A stretch of DNA of 64,000 nt, taken from positions 1 to 64,000 of the forward strand of contig JAHLWR010000004.1 in the NCBI GenBank assembly GCA_019057815.1, written 5' to 3'. Numbering within the stretch: the first letter of the stretch is position 1; each line of letters opens with the position of its first letter. Shown here piece by piece: positions 48,460 through 58,340 of the stretch. Both the position numbers and the translations under genes were made by a program. The stretch comes from Candidatus Heimdallarchaeota archaeon. Its GTDB lineage: Archaea; Asgardarchaeota; Heimdallarchaeia; Heimdallarchaeales; Heimdallarchaeaceae. Under the pieces are notes generated by a model. It did not search any database, had not been told where the DNA came from, and was given only the letters and a program-made list of their open reading frames with translations.

Positions 48460-49621
48460 TTTTTCTCAAATAAGCTGATTCATAAGTTTTTACAATCTTT
48501 TCAGCTTCTAGTTCCCAATTATAACTGTTAAAATACGCTTGCTGAGCATTTATTTTCATTTGTGCCAACTTATCTTTGTTATTATAAAGATCAAGAATGG
48601 TTTTAGCAATTTCTCTTGGAGATGTTGGATCGATTAGTTCTCCAAATTTCTCCATTCCTTCTATAGCCCTTTGTAACCCCTCAAAATTTGAGCCTATAAA
48701 TGGAACTCCAGCAGAACAATAATCATATAATCTATTTGGCATTCTAAGAAAATTATTTTTTCCAGGTTGGAATAGAATTAATCCAATATCGCAAGTTCTA
48801 AGGATAGATAAAGCATCTAAATAATCCATCCATCCAGTTAATGTAAAATAATCTGATAAACCTTTTTCATTTACTAACTTCCTCATTAGTTCCAAAGCAG
48901 GTCCTGAACCAATTATTAGAAATTCAATGTCTTCAGAAGAAAGTTTTTCTTTTAGTATTTCTACAGTTTCAACTGTTTTATCGTATCCAAGGTTTTCATA
49001 CATCACTCCAAAGTAAACAACTCTGAATTTAGTTTTTTTCTCATATTTAGAAGAAATAGGTTTTAAATGAGCTTTTTCAACGTCTATTTTGGAGGGGTAA
49101 TTTGATACCCATTCACTATTAGTGTTGTATTTTCTTTTCAATGTGTCTGTTACTGTTGGAGCAGCTGTGATTATTTTATCAACCTTTTTCAGATATTTCT
49201 TTTCTAACCATGTATAGGCAATTAAAGCTAGCAAACCAAATGTTTCTGACATTTGTTCAGGAAAATTTTCATGACTATCATAAATTACAATGTCTGAGAT
49301 GTTTTTTAATTTTGAAGCAAGAGGAAGAACATTCAAGTCATGTAGGTGCAAAATGTTGTACTTTTGCTTACCAAACCTTTTTTTAACATTTTTCCAAAAT
49401 TCGAAATATTTGAAAATAGACTTGCGTTTACTGCTCATCCTTATGATTGTGTAGCCATCGCGTTCTTCTGTTTCTGGTAGTTCTCCAGTTCGATCAATTG
49501 CAGCAATTGTTACTTCATTTCCATCTTGAATTAAGTAACGAGCCTCTTTTTCAACTCGTACATCAGGTGAAACAGAACTTAAAACAACCATTAGAATATT
49601 TCTCTTTGCCTTGGTCATCAT
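48446..49621 (-). CDS. GT4 family glycosyltransferase
   Basis: DVRVEKEA, HLHD, YDSHE, PNRLYDY..AGVP, YNWE. Confidence 0.9.
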   Translation of the reverse strand: MMTKAKRNILMVVLSSVSPDVRVEKEARYLIQDGNEVTIAAIDRTGELPETEERDGYTIIRMSSKRKSIFKYFEFWKNVKKRFGKQKYNILHLHDLNVLPLASKLKNISDIVIYDSHENFPEQMSETFGLLALIAYTWLEKKYLKKVDKIITAAPTVTDTLKRKYNTNSEWVSNYPSKIDVEKAHLKPISSKYEKKTKFRVVYFGVMYENLGYDKTVETVEILKEKLSSEDIEFLIIGSGPALELMRKLVNEKGLSDYFTLTGWMDYLDALSILRTCDIGLILFQPGKNNFLRMPNRLYDYCSAGVPFIGSNFEGLQRAIEGMEKFGELIDPTSPREIAKTILDLYNNKDKLAQMKINAQQAYFNSYNWELEAEKIVKTYESAYLRKTKTF

Positions 49622-49708
49622 CTCTTCTTGTATTTATTACATTTATAAATAATCTTTCAGTGCACCAAATGCAATATATTTTTTAGTCTTGATTTTATAG
49701 AGGTTTTA

Positions 49709-50230
49709 ATGATTAATTCCAAGAAGCGTGACCTTACTATATTCTTTGACCCTAAAATACCCACAGATGAAATAAACACTATTGCTGAAGAAATAAGTTA
49801 CACTTATGGAATACAAATAATAGAAAAGTTAGAATTATCGATTATTTCTAGTGCCCTAAACAAATCTAGAAATCAATATAATGGTCAATTTTTACTCAAT
49901 TTTCTAATCGAAAACAAGAAACAAAGATTCTTTTTATGGATTGTTAAAGATGATTTGTATGTACCTTTTAGAAATTTTGTTTTTGGGCTGGCTACAAAAA
50001 ACTATGGGGCTGTTTTAACATTTTATCGATTGATCAATATTACTATGAAAATTAAGGAAAGTATCCATGAATGTGGTCACATTTACGGATTGAATCATTG
50101 TAAAAACAACTGTGTTATGCAATATTCCAACAGTTTCAATGATGCAATGAATAAACCTTCAAAATTATGCCAAAAATGCCAACAAAGTCTGGTTTCAAGT
50201 ATTGACAATTTACAAGATAGCATAGTTTAA
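49709..50230 (+). CDS. Archaemetzincin (peptidase M54)
   Basis: RNQY, NFVFGLA, KESIHECGHIYGLNHC..CVM, LCQKC. Confidence 0.9.
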   Translation: MINSKKRDLTIFFDPKIPTDEINTIAEEISYTYGIQIIEKLELSIISSALNKSRNQYNGQFLLNFLIENKKQRFFLWIVKDDLYVPFRNFVFGLATKNYGAVLTFYRLINITMKIKESIHECGHIYGLNHCKNNCVMQYSNSFNDAMNKPSKLCQKCQQSLVSSIDNLQDSIV

Positions 50231-50473
50231 TTGTTAAAGTGATAAAATAGAGAAAGATGCTTAGTGCACAATTAGATCTCTTTCATTTTTAAGATGAAAC
50301 CAGATATTTAGCTCTCAAACAACAATATCAGATTTTATTGCTAGATTTAAAGTAAGCTTTTTCCTATTAATTTTTAAACAGTGCTCTTTATCTATTCCTC
50401 TTTTCTAATATGTGATAGATAAAAATGAACTTTAACAACTTATCTGAAAAAACAAAATTGGAGGTTTTCTAAA

Positions 50474-50851
50474 ATGAATGGTGATGAACATAATATGATG
50501 ATGGACTGGTGGAATATCCCTTACATGGGATATATAATGGTTGCATTATTGACTGTTTTTATTATTATAGGTGTCTTTATCTACAAAGATGCGGAAAGAA
50601 GACAAATGAATGGAGCCTTATGGCTAATTTTAGTACTTATTCCTTGGATTGGAGTAATTTCTATAATTGTTTACTTGATTGTAAGGGCAAATTACCCAAT
50701 ACAAAAAACTCCTGTTCAGTATCAACCTGTAGAACCTTACCAACATTCTCAAAAGCACCAAAAAGCACTAGAGATGCTAGATGAAAGGTATGCCCGTGGA
50801 GATATCATACGCGAAGATTACTATTTAATGAAAAAAGACATCGAACAGTGA
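50474..50851 (+). CDS. Membrane protein with SHOCT domain
   Basis: IYKDAERR..LW; C-terminal LDERYARGDI.REDY. Confidence 0.8.
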   Translation: MNGDEHNMMMDWWNIPYMGYIMVALLTVFIIIGVFIYKDAERRQMNGALWLILVLIPWIGVISIIVYLIVRANYPIQKTPVQYQPVEPYQHSQKHQKALEMLDERYARGDIIREDYYLMKKDIEQ

Positions 50852-50920
50852 TGTCTTTTTGTCATTAACAAAGATTAAATAGTGTTGTTTTGGACATATT
50901 GCATAGATTAGGTGCTATGA

Positions 50921-51175
50921 TTGTACAAAAAGTATATACAATCTGTGGTTTCAGATTGTGTAAAAGAGCAAAATTACGTTGTTTTGCTTAAACCTGACAA
51001 AATAGATGAAGTTTATAAAAAAATTCAACTAAAATGTTTACTTCTAGAAAAGATCGGGACAATCATTGAAAAATATCAATTCGGAAATGTTATAATTAAG
51101 TTCTACTTAACTGGTAGGTTAGTATTAATGGATGTAGATGAATTGGAAATAACCCTCTCAAAACTCCTGGTGTAA
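50921..51175 (+). CDS. Hypothetical small protein, first gene of the isc operon
   Basis: Stop lies 2 bp before iscS; AGGTG RBS upstream; start uncertain. Confidence 0.55.
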   Translation: MYKKYIQSVVSDCVKEQNYVVLLKPDKIDEVYKKIQLKCLLLEKIGTIIEKYQFGNVIIKFYLTGRLVLMDVDELEITLSKLLV

Positions 51176-51177
51176 GA

Positions 51178-52395
51178 ATGGAAATGAAAAGCGTTAAAGA
51201 ATTGCTGGAAGTTCATGGAAAAGCAGAAAAAGATTGCTATTTTGATTGGGAAAATGGTTCAATTGTTGATGTAGAAGTATTTAACGCAATGAAACCGTTT
51301 TTCTTAGAAAAAGGTTATGGTAATCCAGCTATTACTCACAGAATAGGATGGGAATCTTACGAATTTTACGGAATAGAAAAGGAAAAAATCGCTAATTCAA
51401 TAAATGCTGATTCAGTAAATTTAGCTTTAACTTTCAGCAGCACAGAGTCCAACAATATAGCAGTTATAGGAACTACAAGACTTGATAAGAAAAGAAAGAA
51501 AATCCTAGTTTCTAGTGTAGAACATTTAAGTGTAATACATGCTGTAAAAGCGCTATATGATCAAGGAATCAAAATAGAAACAATTCCTGTGTCTCACAAT
51601 GGTGTTGTTAATTTAGACATTCTTCAAGAAAAATTAGATGAAAACACATTAATGGTAAGCTTACAGTCGATTAACCATGAAATTGGTACTATACAACCTG
51701 TCAAAGAAGCTATTGAAATTGTTAAAGATAAGGATGAAGATATTTATTTTCACACAGATGCTTCTGCAGCTTATGGTAGAATCCCACTCGACTTTTTGGA
51801 TCTAAACGTAGATTTTGGGACAATAAGTAGTCAGAAGATATTAGGACCTAAGAGTATCGCAGGTCTTTATGTTAAAGATGGTATAAAACTCAAATCAATT
51901 TATGAAGGACAATTAAGTGTTGAGATTTTGTCACCTGATGTGGAATATATGCCCTTACTTGCAGGTTTTGCAAAAGCTGTTGAAATTCAATTTAATAAAT
52001 TCAAAGAAATCAATGAACATACTCTTAAATTAAGAGATAAGTTGATGTATGGCCTTCAAACAACAATTCCAAGAGTTGAAATAAACGGTCCTGAAGGACA
52101 TCATCGAGCTCCTGACAATGTAAATGTAAGCTTTTTAGGTTGTGAAGGAGAAGCGTTAACATTAGAATCTAGTATGAGTGGCATATTTGCTTCAAGTGGA
52201 AGCGCATGTACAAGCCGAATATTAATGCCTAGCCATATATTAACTGCAATCGGAAGAAAACCTGAAGAAGCTCATGGTAGTTTTCTCATGAAATTAACAA
52301 GACTAAATACAGAAGAAGAAGTTAATTACACATTAGAAACCTTACCAAAAGTTATCAATCGCATTCGTTCGATTACAGGAGGTATAGAGCTTTGA
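51178..52395 (+). CDS. iscS: Cysteine desulfurase IscS/NifS
   Basis: YGNP, TESNN, EHLSV, NHEIGT, HTDA, SQKILGPK, SSGSACTS. Confidence 0.92.
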   Translation: MEMKSVKELLEVHGKAEKDCYFDWENGSIVDVEVFNAMKPFFLEKGYGNPAITHRIGWESYEFYGIEKEKIANSINADSVNLALTFSSTESNNIAVIGTTRLDKKRKKILVSSVEHLSVIHAVKALYDQGIKIETIPVSHNGVVNLDILQEKLDENTLMVSLQSINHEIGTIQPVKEAIEIVKDKDEDIYFHTDASAAYGRIPLDFLDLNVDFGTISSQKILGPKSIAGLYVKDGIKLKSIYEGQLSVEILSPDVEYMPLLAGFAKAVEIQFNKFKEINEHTLKLRDKLMYGLQTTIPRVEINGPEGHHRAPDNVNVSFLGCEGEALTLESSMSGIFASSGSACTSRILMPSHILTAIGRKPEEAHGSFLMKLTRLNTEEEVNYTLETLPKVINRIRSITGGIEL

Positions 52396-52407
52396 GGAGA
52401 TGGAAAA

Positions 52408-52905
52408 ATGTCGAGTAGAATACCGTTACCCTACGCTCCACGCGTTTTAGAGTTGTTTAGAAACCCTCAAAATCTTGGACATATGAAAGATGCAACTGTC
52501 TCTGCAACTGCAGGAAGCCCTGCTTGTGGTGATATAATCATTATCTACCTTAAGATAAATGATGAAACTGAAAGTGTTATTAAGTCAAGTTTCGAGAGCT
52601 ATGGTTGTGCATCAAATATCGCAAGTGCAAGCCAGTTGACAATACTTATCGGGAAACTAACTTTGAAAGAAGCTTGGGAAATAACATGGAAACAAGTTTC
52701 AGACAAGTTGGGAAAGCTACCAAAAATAAAAACTCATTGTGGAAGCCTAGCTGTCGGTGGTTTAAGGCGCGCAATTAGAAAATACTATTCAGAAGTAAAT
52801 AAAAAGAAGCCTGATTGGCTACCTGAAGAAATCACCAAAGATGAAAAACACGCTCTTGAAGAGGAAGCATTAGCAGAGAAAATGAAGAAAAAATATGTAC
52901 TATAG
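52408..52905 (+). CDS. iscU: Fe-S scaffold IscU/NifU-N
   Basis: FRNPQNLG, PACGD, YGCAS, KTHC. Confidence 0.93.
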   Translation: MSSRIPLPYAPRVLELFRNPQNLGHMKDATVSATAGSPACGDIIIIYLKINDETESVIKSSFESYGCASNIASASQLTILIGKLTLKEAWEITWKQVSDKLGKLPKIKTHCGSLAVGGLRRAIRKYYSEVNKKKPDWLPEEITKDEKHALEEEALAEKMKKKYVL

Positions 52906-52962
52906 ATTTAGTTATCTGCAAACAATATCTTTTTAATTTTGTTTAGTTCTCTCGTGTTTGAA

Positions 52963-53301
52963 ATGAGTAGAAATATTCCTATTAAAGTAGAGAGAAGAGA
53001 AGACACCTCAAATTATTATGCTGAAAGCATTCAACTCGTACACTCGATGGCTGGATTCAAATTGATTATCTTTCGAGATAGAGCTGAATATGCTGAAGAA
53101 GCACGAATAGGCCCAGAAGCTTTGATTCCTCGATCGATCACAAAAGAAATTATTGCAGAAGTAAGTTTTTCTCCTCAACAGCTGAAGATTATGAACAAAG
53201 TTATAGAAGAACAAATTAAAAACTATGAGAGCAGATTTGGAACTATTACAATTCCAGACAAAACTCCAAAAAAAGATAATTCAACAGCTACTTTTGTTTA
53301 G
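52963..53301 (+). CDS. DUF3467-like protein
   Basis: NYYA..., VSFSPQQLK, IKNYESRFGTI. Confidence 0.7.
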   Translation: MSRNIPIKVERREDTSNYYAESIQLVHSMAGFKLIIFRDRAEYAEEARIGPEALIPRSITKEIIAEVSFSPQQLKIMNKVIEEQIKNYESRFGTITIPDKTPKKDNSTATFV

Positions 53302-53315
53302 TTGATAGCTTATTA

Positions 53316-53693
53316 TCATCTTTTTTGAATTTCTTCAATTGTTTGTAATAATTCATCTAAACTAAATGGTTTTCGCAAAAAGTATGGAATTCCTAAATCC
53401 GTAACTTCTTTCTTTGTGATTCTGTCATCAGCAGTAGCAATTATAATCTGATTCTTAATATCAGGTGAAATTTCTAATAGCTTTTTTGTAACTTCAATAC
53501 CAGACTTTTCAGGAATACGGATGTCTATTAAAAATACAATATCATGAATTTTCTCTTTGAGTTGTTCTATTTTTTCTATAGCAGTTTTTCCACTCGAGAC
53601 AACTCCTTCAATCTCTATTCCTTCTCTATCAAAAAGCATCGTATAGAGGTTAGAAATGTCGGATTCATCTTCTATTATGTATACCTTTTTCAT
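53316..53693 (-). CDS. Single-domain response regulator
   Basis: IEDE, LIDIRIP..SG, TAD, RKPF. Confidence 0.9.
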   Translation of the reverse strand: MKKVYIIEDESDISNLYTMLFDREGIEIEGVVSSGKTAIEKIEQLKEKIHDIVFLIDIRIPEKSGIEVTKKLLEISPDIKNQIIIATADDRITKKEVTDLGIPYFLRKPFSLDELLQTIEEIQKR

Positions 53694-53844
53694 TGTTTAG
53701 ACCTATGATAACAATCGCTATTAAAAACATTGAAGCGTATTTATTAAGTATTTCGTCATCTCTCATCTACAAGATAAAAAACCAATAATGTTATTTAAAA
53801 CTAATAAAATAGAAAAGAAATATTTGTATGACAGCCATCTACCT

Positions 53845-53972
53845 GAAAATTATTTTGTCTCCTTGTCAACTAAGGAAAGAGAGGGAAAAAGCGGGAGTAT
53901 ATAGGAAAAAAAGTATCCAGAGATGACCTTCTACGAAAGATTCGGTTTTACAGCAAGGAGACTTAATATTTC
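53845..53972. mobile_element. MITE-like relic sharing ends with TnpB element 1
   Basis: GAAAATTATTTTGTCTCCTTG at the left and (minus strand) TTTAT|GAAATATTAAGTCTCCTTG at the right; same GTCTCCTT core and TTTAT flank as element 1. Confidence 0.6.
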
Positions 53973-54018
53973 ATAAATATGCATAAGATATTTAAGTAAA
54001 GAAATAATAATATGAACC

Positions 54019-54510
54019 ATGCGGTTTAGAAAAGGAAAAATCTACTTTTTCCTATATTTAACAACATCAGCGTTTCTTGTATGTGTGTCGAATGTTTCAG
54101 CTGGGGAATACTTTTGGTTCGATGTAGGACCAAATCAGTTTAAGAGAACATCATTTACAAGTGAAGGAAATTATTCTTTGATTCAATTAACCATTAATGT
54201 TGAGTATGGAGGACCTGTCTCTGTTTTCATTCTGGATCAAGCTTCATATAATTCATGGCAATTAGGGGGAGAAGTATCTGCTAAGGCTGGAGGACAGAAT
54301 ATAACCGATAAAATGACAATAGAAGGACAACTTGGACCACCAGGTGAATATGAGTTGATTGTAGATAATCGTCAAAATAGTAATAATGCAGGAGTAAATA
54401 TTGATTTTGTAGTTACACTTCCTGGTTACTCAGCTCTTCTATCTTTCTTAGCGTTAATACCTCTAGTGATCTTTTTAAAGAAAAAGAAGATAAAAAAGAA
54501 TATTAGATAG
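54019..54510 (+). CDS. Secreted beta-sandwich (GOLD-like) protein with C-terminal PGY-TM-basic anchor
   Basis: Signal peptide ending VSA, GEYELIVDN, PGYSALL..LKKKK. Confidence 0.7.
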   Translation: MRFRKGKIYFFLYLTTSAFLVCVSNVSAGEYFWFDVGPNQFKRTSFTSEGNYSLIQLTINVEYGGPVSVFILDQASYNSWQLGGEVSAKAGGQNITDKMTIEGQLGPPGEYELIVDNRQNSNNAGVNIDFVVTLPGYSALLSFLALIPLVIFLKKKKIKKNIR

Positions 54511-54608
54511 AAATTAGGGACTTGTAAAGTTGATAAGTTAATTCCAAATCATTAGAAACAGTTAAAAAATGTAAGTCAATTTTCAAATATAAAATGTAAT
54601 GTGATATT

Positions 54609-54911
54609 ATGACTATTCTACCAGACCATGAAGCTGTAAATTATAGGTACGATGTTCAATCTATGATTAAACATCCAGATCTTAAAAGAGATGATAAAAA
54701 CAGAATCCGTGATCATATTAACAAAGATTGTATTGGGGATTGTTTACTTGTAATAGGGATGTCTGGAATGATAAAAGTACACTTCCATACAGATGAACCA
54801 GAAAAGTTGCGCGATGTATTGGGACAATATGGTGAACTTGAGAATTTTGATATTGAGGATATGAAAGAACAATTTGAAGCTTTCAAAGCAAAACAAAAAG
54901 AGAATCAGTGA
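54609..54911 (+). CDS. Stand-alone DAK2/FakA middle-domain-like protein
   Basis: GDCLLVIG...KVHFHTDEP...GEL...IEDM. Confidence 0.7.
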   Translation: MTILPDHEAVNYRYDVQSMIKHPDLKRDDKNRIRDHINKDCIGDCLLVIGMSGMIKVHFHTDEPEKLRDVLGQYGELENFDIEDMKEQFEAFKAKQKENQ

Positions 54912-55306
54912 AAATGAGCTCTCTATATCTACAGAGTTCCTTATGTAAGAATTGTGGTCACTGTTGCTTCAATTGTAGTTTTTTGGGAGATAATGGTTGT
55001 ACTGATTTGGAGTACAGCTCAAAAACTAGATGTGGATCTTTCCCAATAATTTTTGGAAATTCTTCTAAAATGGGTTACAATAACTTGTATGAACTTTCTG
55101 ATCCTGATTTGTATGAAAATCCAAATAAAATAAAGAGTTTCATTTATGAATATCCAAAATGCCATCTTATTCAGAAAGAGCGATTTTTCAATGTTTTAAG
55201 ATGGTTTGTTAACGATATAAATATAAGTGACAAAAAAGTGCAATTTTTTGTTAGTTTCAACACAGATAATCTTTATATTGAGTATAATCCTACCAAAAAG
55301 TTATAA
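54908..55306 (+). CDS. Cys-rich (YkgJ-like) protein
   Basis: CKNCGHCC..C.FL...GC...CGSFP. Confidence 0.6.
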   Translation: MKMSSLYLQSSLCKNCGHCCFNCSFLGDNGCTDLEYSSKTRCGSFPIIFGNSSKMGYNNLYELSDPDLYENPNKIKSFIYEYPKCHLIQKERFFNVLRWFVNDINISDKKVQFFVSFNTDNLYIEYNPTKKL

Positions 55307-55330
55307 TCAGCTTTTTCATCAAATAATTAG

Positions 55331-57871
55331 ATGGTTCAGAGATTTAGTCTATCTAGACGTTTGATTGTTATGACAGTTTTGTTTTCTTTTCTACTTCTAC
55401 TTTTACTAATCTCACTTATTAGTATATCAACAGAAATTAGAATAGATCGTATATATGAGCAAGCTTCAGAGGATTACCTAGATTCGAAAATAGCAAGTAT
55501 GCACATTGCAAGTCATCAATTTGTTCAATCAATTGATAACCTTATCGGAGGGATGAAAGTAACTCTTAATAAAACAGTAAATTCAGTTAGAACCTCTCTT
55601 TTTTCAGATTCAGCATTTTCAACTTATGTAAGTAACATCTCGTTCTTTAATGATCAAGATTGTTACAGTTATATTAATGGATACATTAATTCAAGTGTGG
55701 ATAGAAGTGATAACATCTTTTTTTATGATTCCAATTCAGATGGAATAAATGATATGGAACTTCCTGGTGCAGTTCTCTTTGGTGATGTTAAATCTCATTT
55801 AAATATTAGTGGGGAATACTATTTGCAAATCAATGCATCTATTCAAGGAACACTTTCTGAAGATGCAAAAATATTTCTTTACGCATATGTGAATGAATCA
55901 AGTGTTCAAATAGAGTTTACTTATGAATATAAAACTTTTTTCGGAGAAAATTTTGATAATACAATATTAAGTGAATGGAGAAGTAATAATCCCACTCTCC
56001 CAAATACAATAGAAGATACTTTACATGAATTGCAACCTGAATATTTACAATCTTATTTTCTTATATTAGAACCCAGTAATAGTACGATAACGATTTCAAA
56101 AATATCAGAAAAATCTAGAATTGATGGTTGTGTGAATGGTTCTTTAGATGGTTATTACGAAGGAACTATTCAAGGGAATCTCAATGGTGAAGTATCAGGT
56201 TATATCGATAAAAGACCTATGGAAATAAATTCGTTCTTTCCACCCTTTCTTGCACCGTTTTTGGAATGGGTGTACTTTGCTACACCGAATTATATTATTA
56301 TCTTTCCAATTGCTCCTGATTATAGGATTGACTTAGGAGTAGGATTAGGATTAAGTGCGAATTTTGATTGGCTAAAAAGACCTTGGTATAGAGAAATACT
56401 AGAACAAGAACAGGAAAAAGTTTTAGCTGGTGGCACTCCTAGCAACGAAAGTTATTTCTCAGATTTAGGAATAGATTACGTAAACCAAAACTTGTTTATT
56501 TCGCTAGGGCAGGCAGTTTACAATGAAACAGGAAATTATGAGGGATTATTTGTTTTAGATTTCAACCTTGAATATATGATGGATGCTATAGAACTCGCTA
56601 TAACAGAAGATGACTTTAATTTGATTGTCAATAAGAATGGTGATATTCTCCTTTCACCAGAATATCTTAAAAATATTTCACGTACTCCTAAGGAAGTTTT
56701 TCCTACAGAGAATATTTACGATCTTAATAACTCTGATTTAGAAACAGCATTTTCCTATTCGAAACAAGGATACATTGGTAATGCAACTCTAACCTTTGAG
56801 AACGAATCATATATTTTAATTTACCAAGAAATTGAGCAGTTAGATTGGTATCTTCTTCACTTCACTCCTGAAGATTTGTTACGAGAAGAATTTAATCCTT
56901 TATTGATGGATTTAGAAAAACATCTAAGAGCTATGCAAAGAGGTTTGATTATTGGTTCTATTGTTATTATCACATTTATCAGCATCTTTGCTCTTATTCT
57001 TTCATATTCATTCCGAAGATATCTTCAAACCCTCCTAAATGGGATTTATGCCGTTTCAGAAGGTGATTTAAGTTTTTCTTTCAAACTTGCTGAAGAACAA
57101 AAAATAAGCGAGTTAACTGAAGTTTTTTATGCTTTTGAAGAAATGGCTCTAAAATTAGATGATTCTTTGAGAAAAGAGCGTGAAGCATCATATTTTGCAC
57201 AACTAACTTTGGATCTTTTTGTTCATGATCTATCCAATTATTACCAAGCTTTGCGAGGATATATAAATTTCCTAGAAAAAATGGTTGCTGAGGATCCAAA
57301 TGCAAAAGAAATCGTAGAGAATTTGGATAGAATCCTCGATAAAGCTGATGAATTAAGGTCTAAGGTAGTTAAACTACAACTTGTTGAAGAGAAAAGTTTT
57401 GATATTAAGATAAATAAGTTGGTACCATATATTGATGAAGCAGAGCAATACATACGTAGAACCTATCCAGATTATGATATGACAATCGATAAGAATTTTG
57501 ATGAAGGTGTGGAAGTTCTAGCTGACTCCTTCCTTGTTGATATTTTCAAGTACCTTTTAGAAAATGGATTAAATTCTGCTAATAATAATAAGATTCAATT
57601 TGTAATAACAGCAAATAGGATTCAACTAGACTCTAAAAAGTTCTGGCAAATATCCGTTGAGGATGATGGTAAAGGTATATCTGATGAACACAAAAAACAG
57701 ATTACTAGTAGCTTTAGAACAGGAAAAAGAATTAAAGGTTTAGGGATGATGATTATTTTTAAAATAATCAGAATGATAGGTGGTACTCTATCTATTGAAG
57801 ATCGCATAAAGGGAGATTATACAAAAGGTGCGAAAATTATTTTTACCTTAAGAGATAGCAAAGAAAAGTAA
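55331..57871 (+). CDS. Sensor histidine kinase (TM-dCache-TM-HAMP-HisKA-HATPase)
   Basis: RPWY, GLFVLDF, HDLSNY, LLEN, DDGKGI, GLGM. Confidence 0.9.
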   Translation: MVQRFSLSRRLIVMTVLFSFLLLLLLISLISISTEIRIDRIYEQASEDYLDSKIASMHIASHQFVQSIDNLIGGMKVTLNKTVNSVRTSLFSDSAFSTYVSNISFFNDQDCYSYINGYINSSVDRSDNIFFYDSNSDGINDMELPGAVLFGDVKSHLNISGEYYLQINASIQGTLSEDAKIFLYAYVNESSVQIEFTYEYKTFFGENFDNTILSEWRSNNPTLPNTIEDTLHELQPEYLQSYFLILEPSNSTITISKISEKSRIDGCVNGSLDGYYEGTIQGNLNGEVSGYIDKRPMEINSFFPPFLAPFLEWVYFATPNYIIIFPIAPDYRIDLGVGLGLSANFDWLKRPWYREILEQEQEKVLAGGTPSNESYFSDLGIDYVNQNLFISLGQAVYNETGNYEGLFVLDFNLEYMMDAIELAITEDDFNLIVNKNGDILLSPEYLKNISRTPKEVFPTENIYDLNNSDLETAFSYSKQGYIGNATLTFENESYILIYQEIEQLDWYLLHFTPEDLLREEFNPLLMDLEKHLRAMQRGLIIGSIVIITFISIFALILSYSFRRYLQTLLNGIYAVSEGDLSFSFKLAEEQKISELTEVFYAFEEMALKLDDSLRKEREASYFAQLTLDLFVHDLSNYYQALRGYINFLEKMVAEDPNAKEIVENLDRILDKADELRSKVVKLQLVEEKSFDIKINKLVPYIDEAEQYIRRTYPDYDMTIDKNFDEGVEVLADSFLVDIFKYLLENGLNSANNNKIQFVITANRIQLDSKKFWQISVEDDGKGISDEHKKQITSSFRTGKRIKGLGMMIIFKIIRMIGGTLSIEDRIKGDYTKGAKIIFTLRDSKEK

Positions 57872-58186
57872 TTATGGACTTATTTCATCATTTTTCTTCT
57901 TTTTTTCTTTTACTTTTGCTTTAACATCAGCTTTAAGGTTAAGGTAGAGGGGTATTATCACTACAACTATTAATATTCCAGAAAGGACTAAACTGGTTAT
58001 TATCCAGGGAGATTCACCTAAATTTACGTCATTCCACAAATCTCTAATCCCAAAAACAATAGTTACAACCCAAATAGCAATAAATGCGGTAAGCGCGAGA
58101 TATTTCCCAATCTTTGTAATTTTCTGAATTTGCTCATTTTTTTTATCTGTTAAAACTTCAACTGATTTTTCGTTGTCGTTAGGCAT
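57872..58186 (-). CDS. Small two-TM membrane protein
   Basis: Two hydrophobic helices, basic tail. Confidence 0.65.
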   Translation of the reverse strand: MPNDNEKSVEVLTDKKNEQIQKITKIGKYLALTAFIAIWVVTIVFGIRDLWNDVNLGESPWIITSLVLSGILIVVVIIPLYLNLKADVKAKVKEKKKKNDEISP

Positions 58187-58235
58187 ATTCCAATAGACAA
58201 AACAAGGAATACTTTAATGTTTTGACAAGTAAACC

Positions 58236-58258
58236 AAAATCAAACGAAATTTGATTTT
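58236..58258. promoter_or_regulatory. Perfect palindrome in divergent intergenic region
   Basis: AAAATCAAA-cgaaa-TTTGATTTT. Confidence 0.4.
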
Positions 58259-58340
58259 ACTATTTTAAAAATTAGTCTCTTTTTGAAAAACCTTAAAAAC
58301 CTTTTTGTAAAGAAACACTATAGCGTAAGGAGATTTATAA

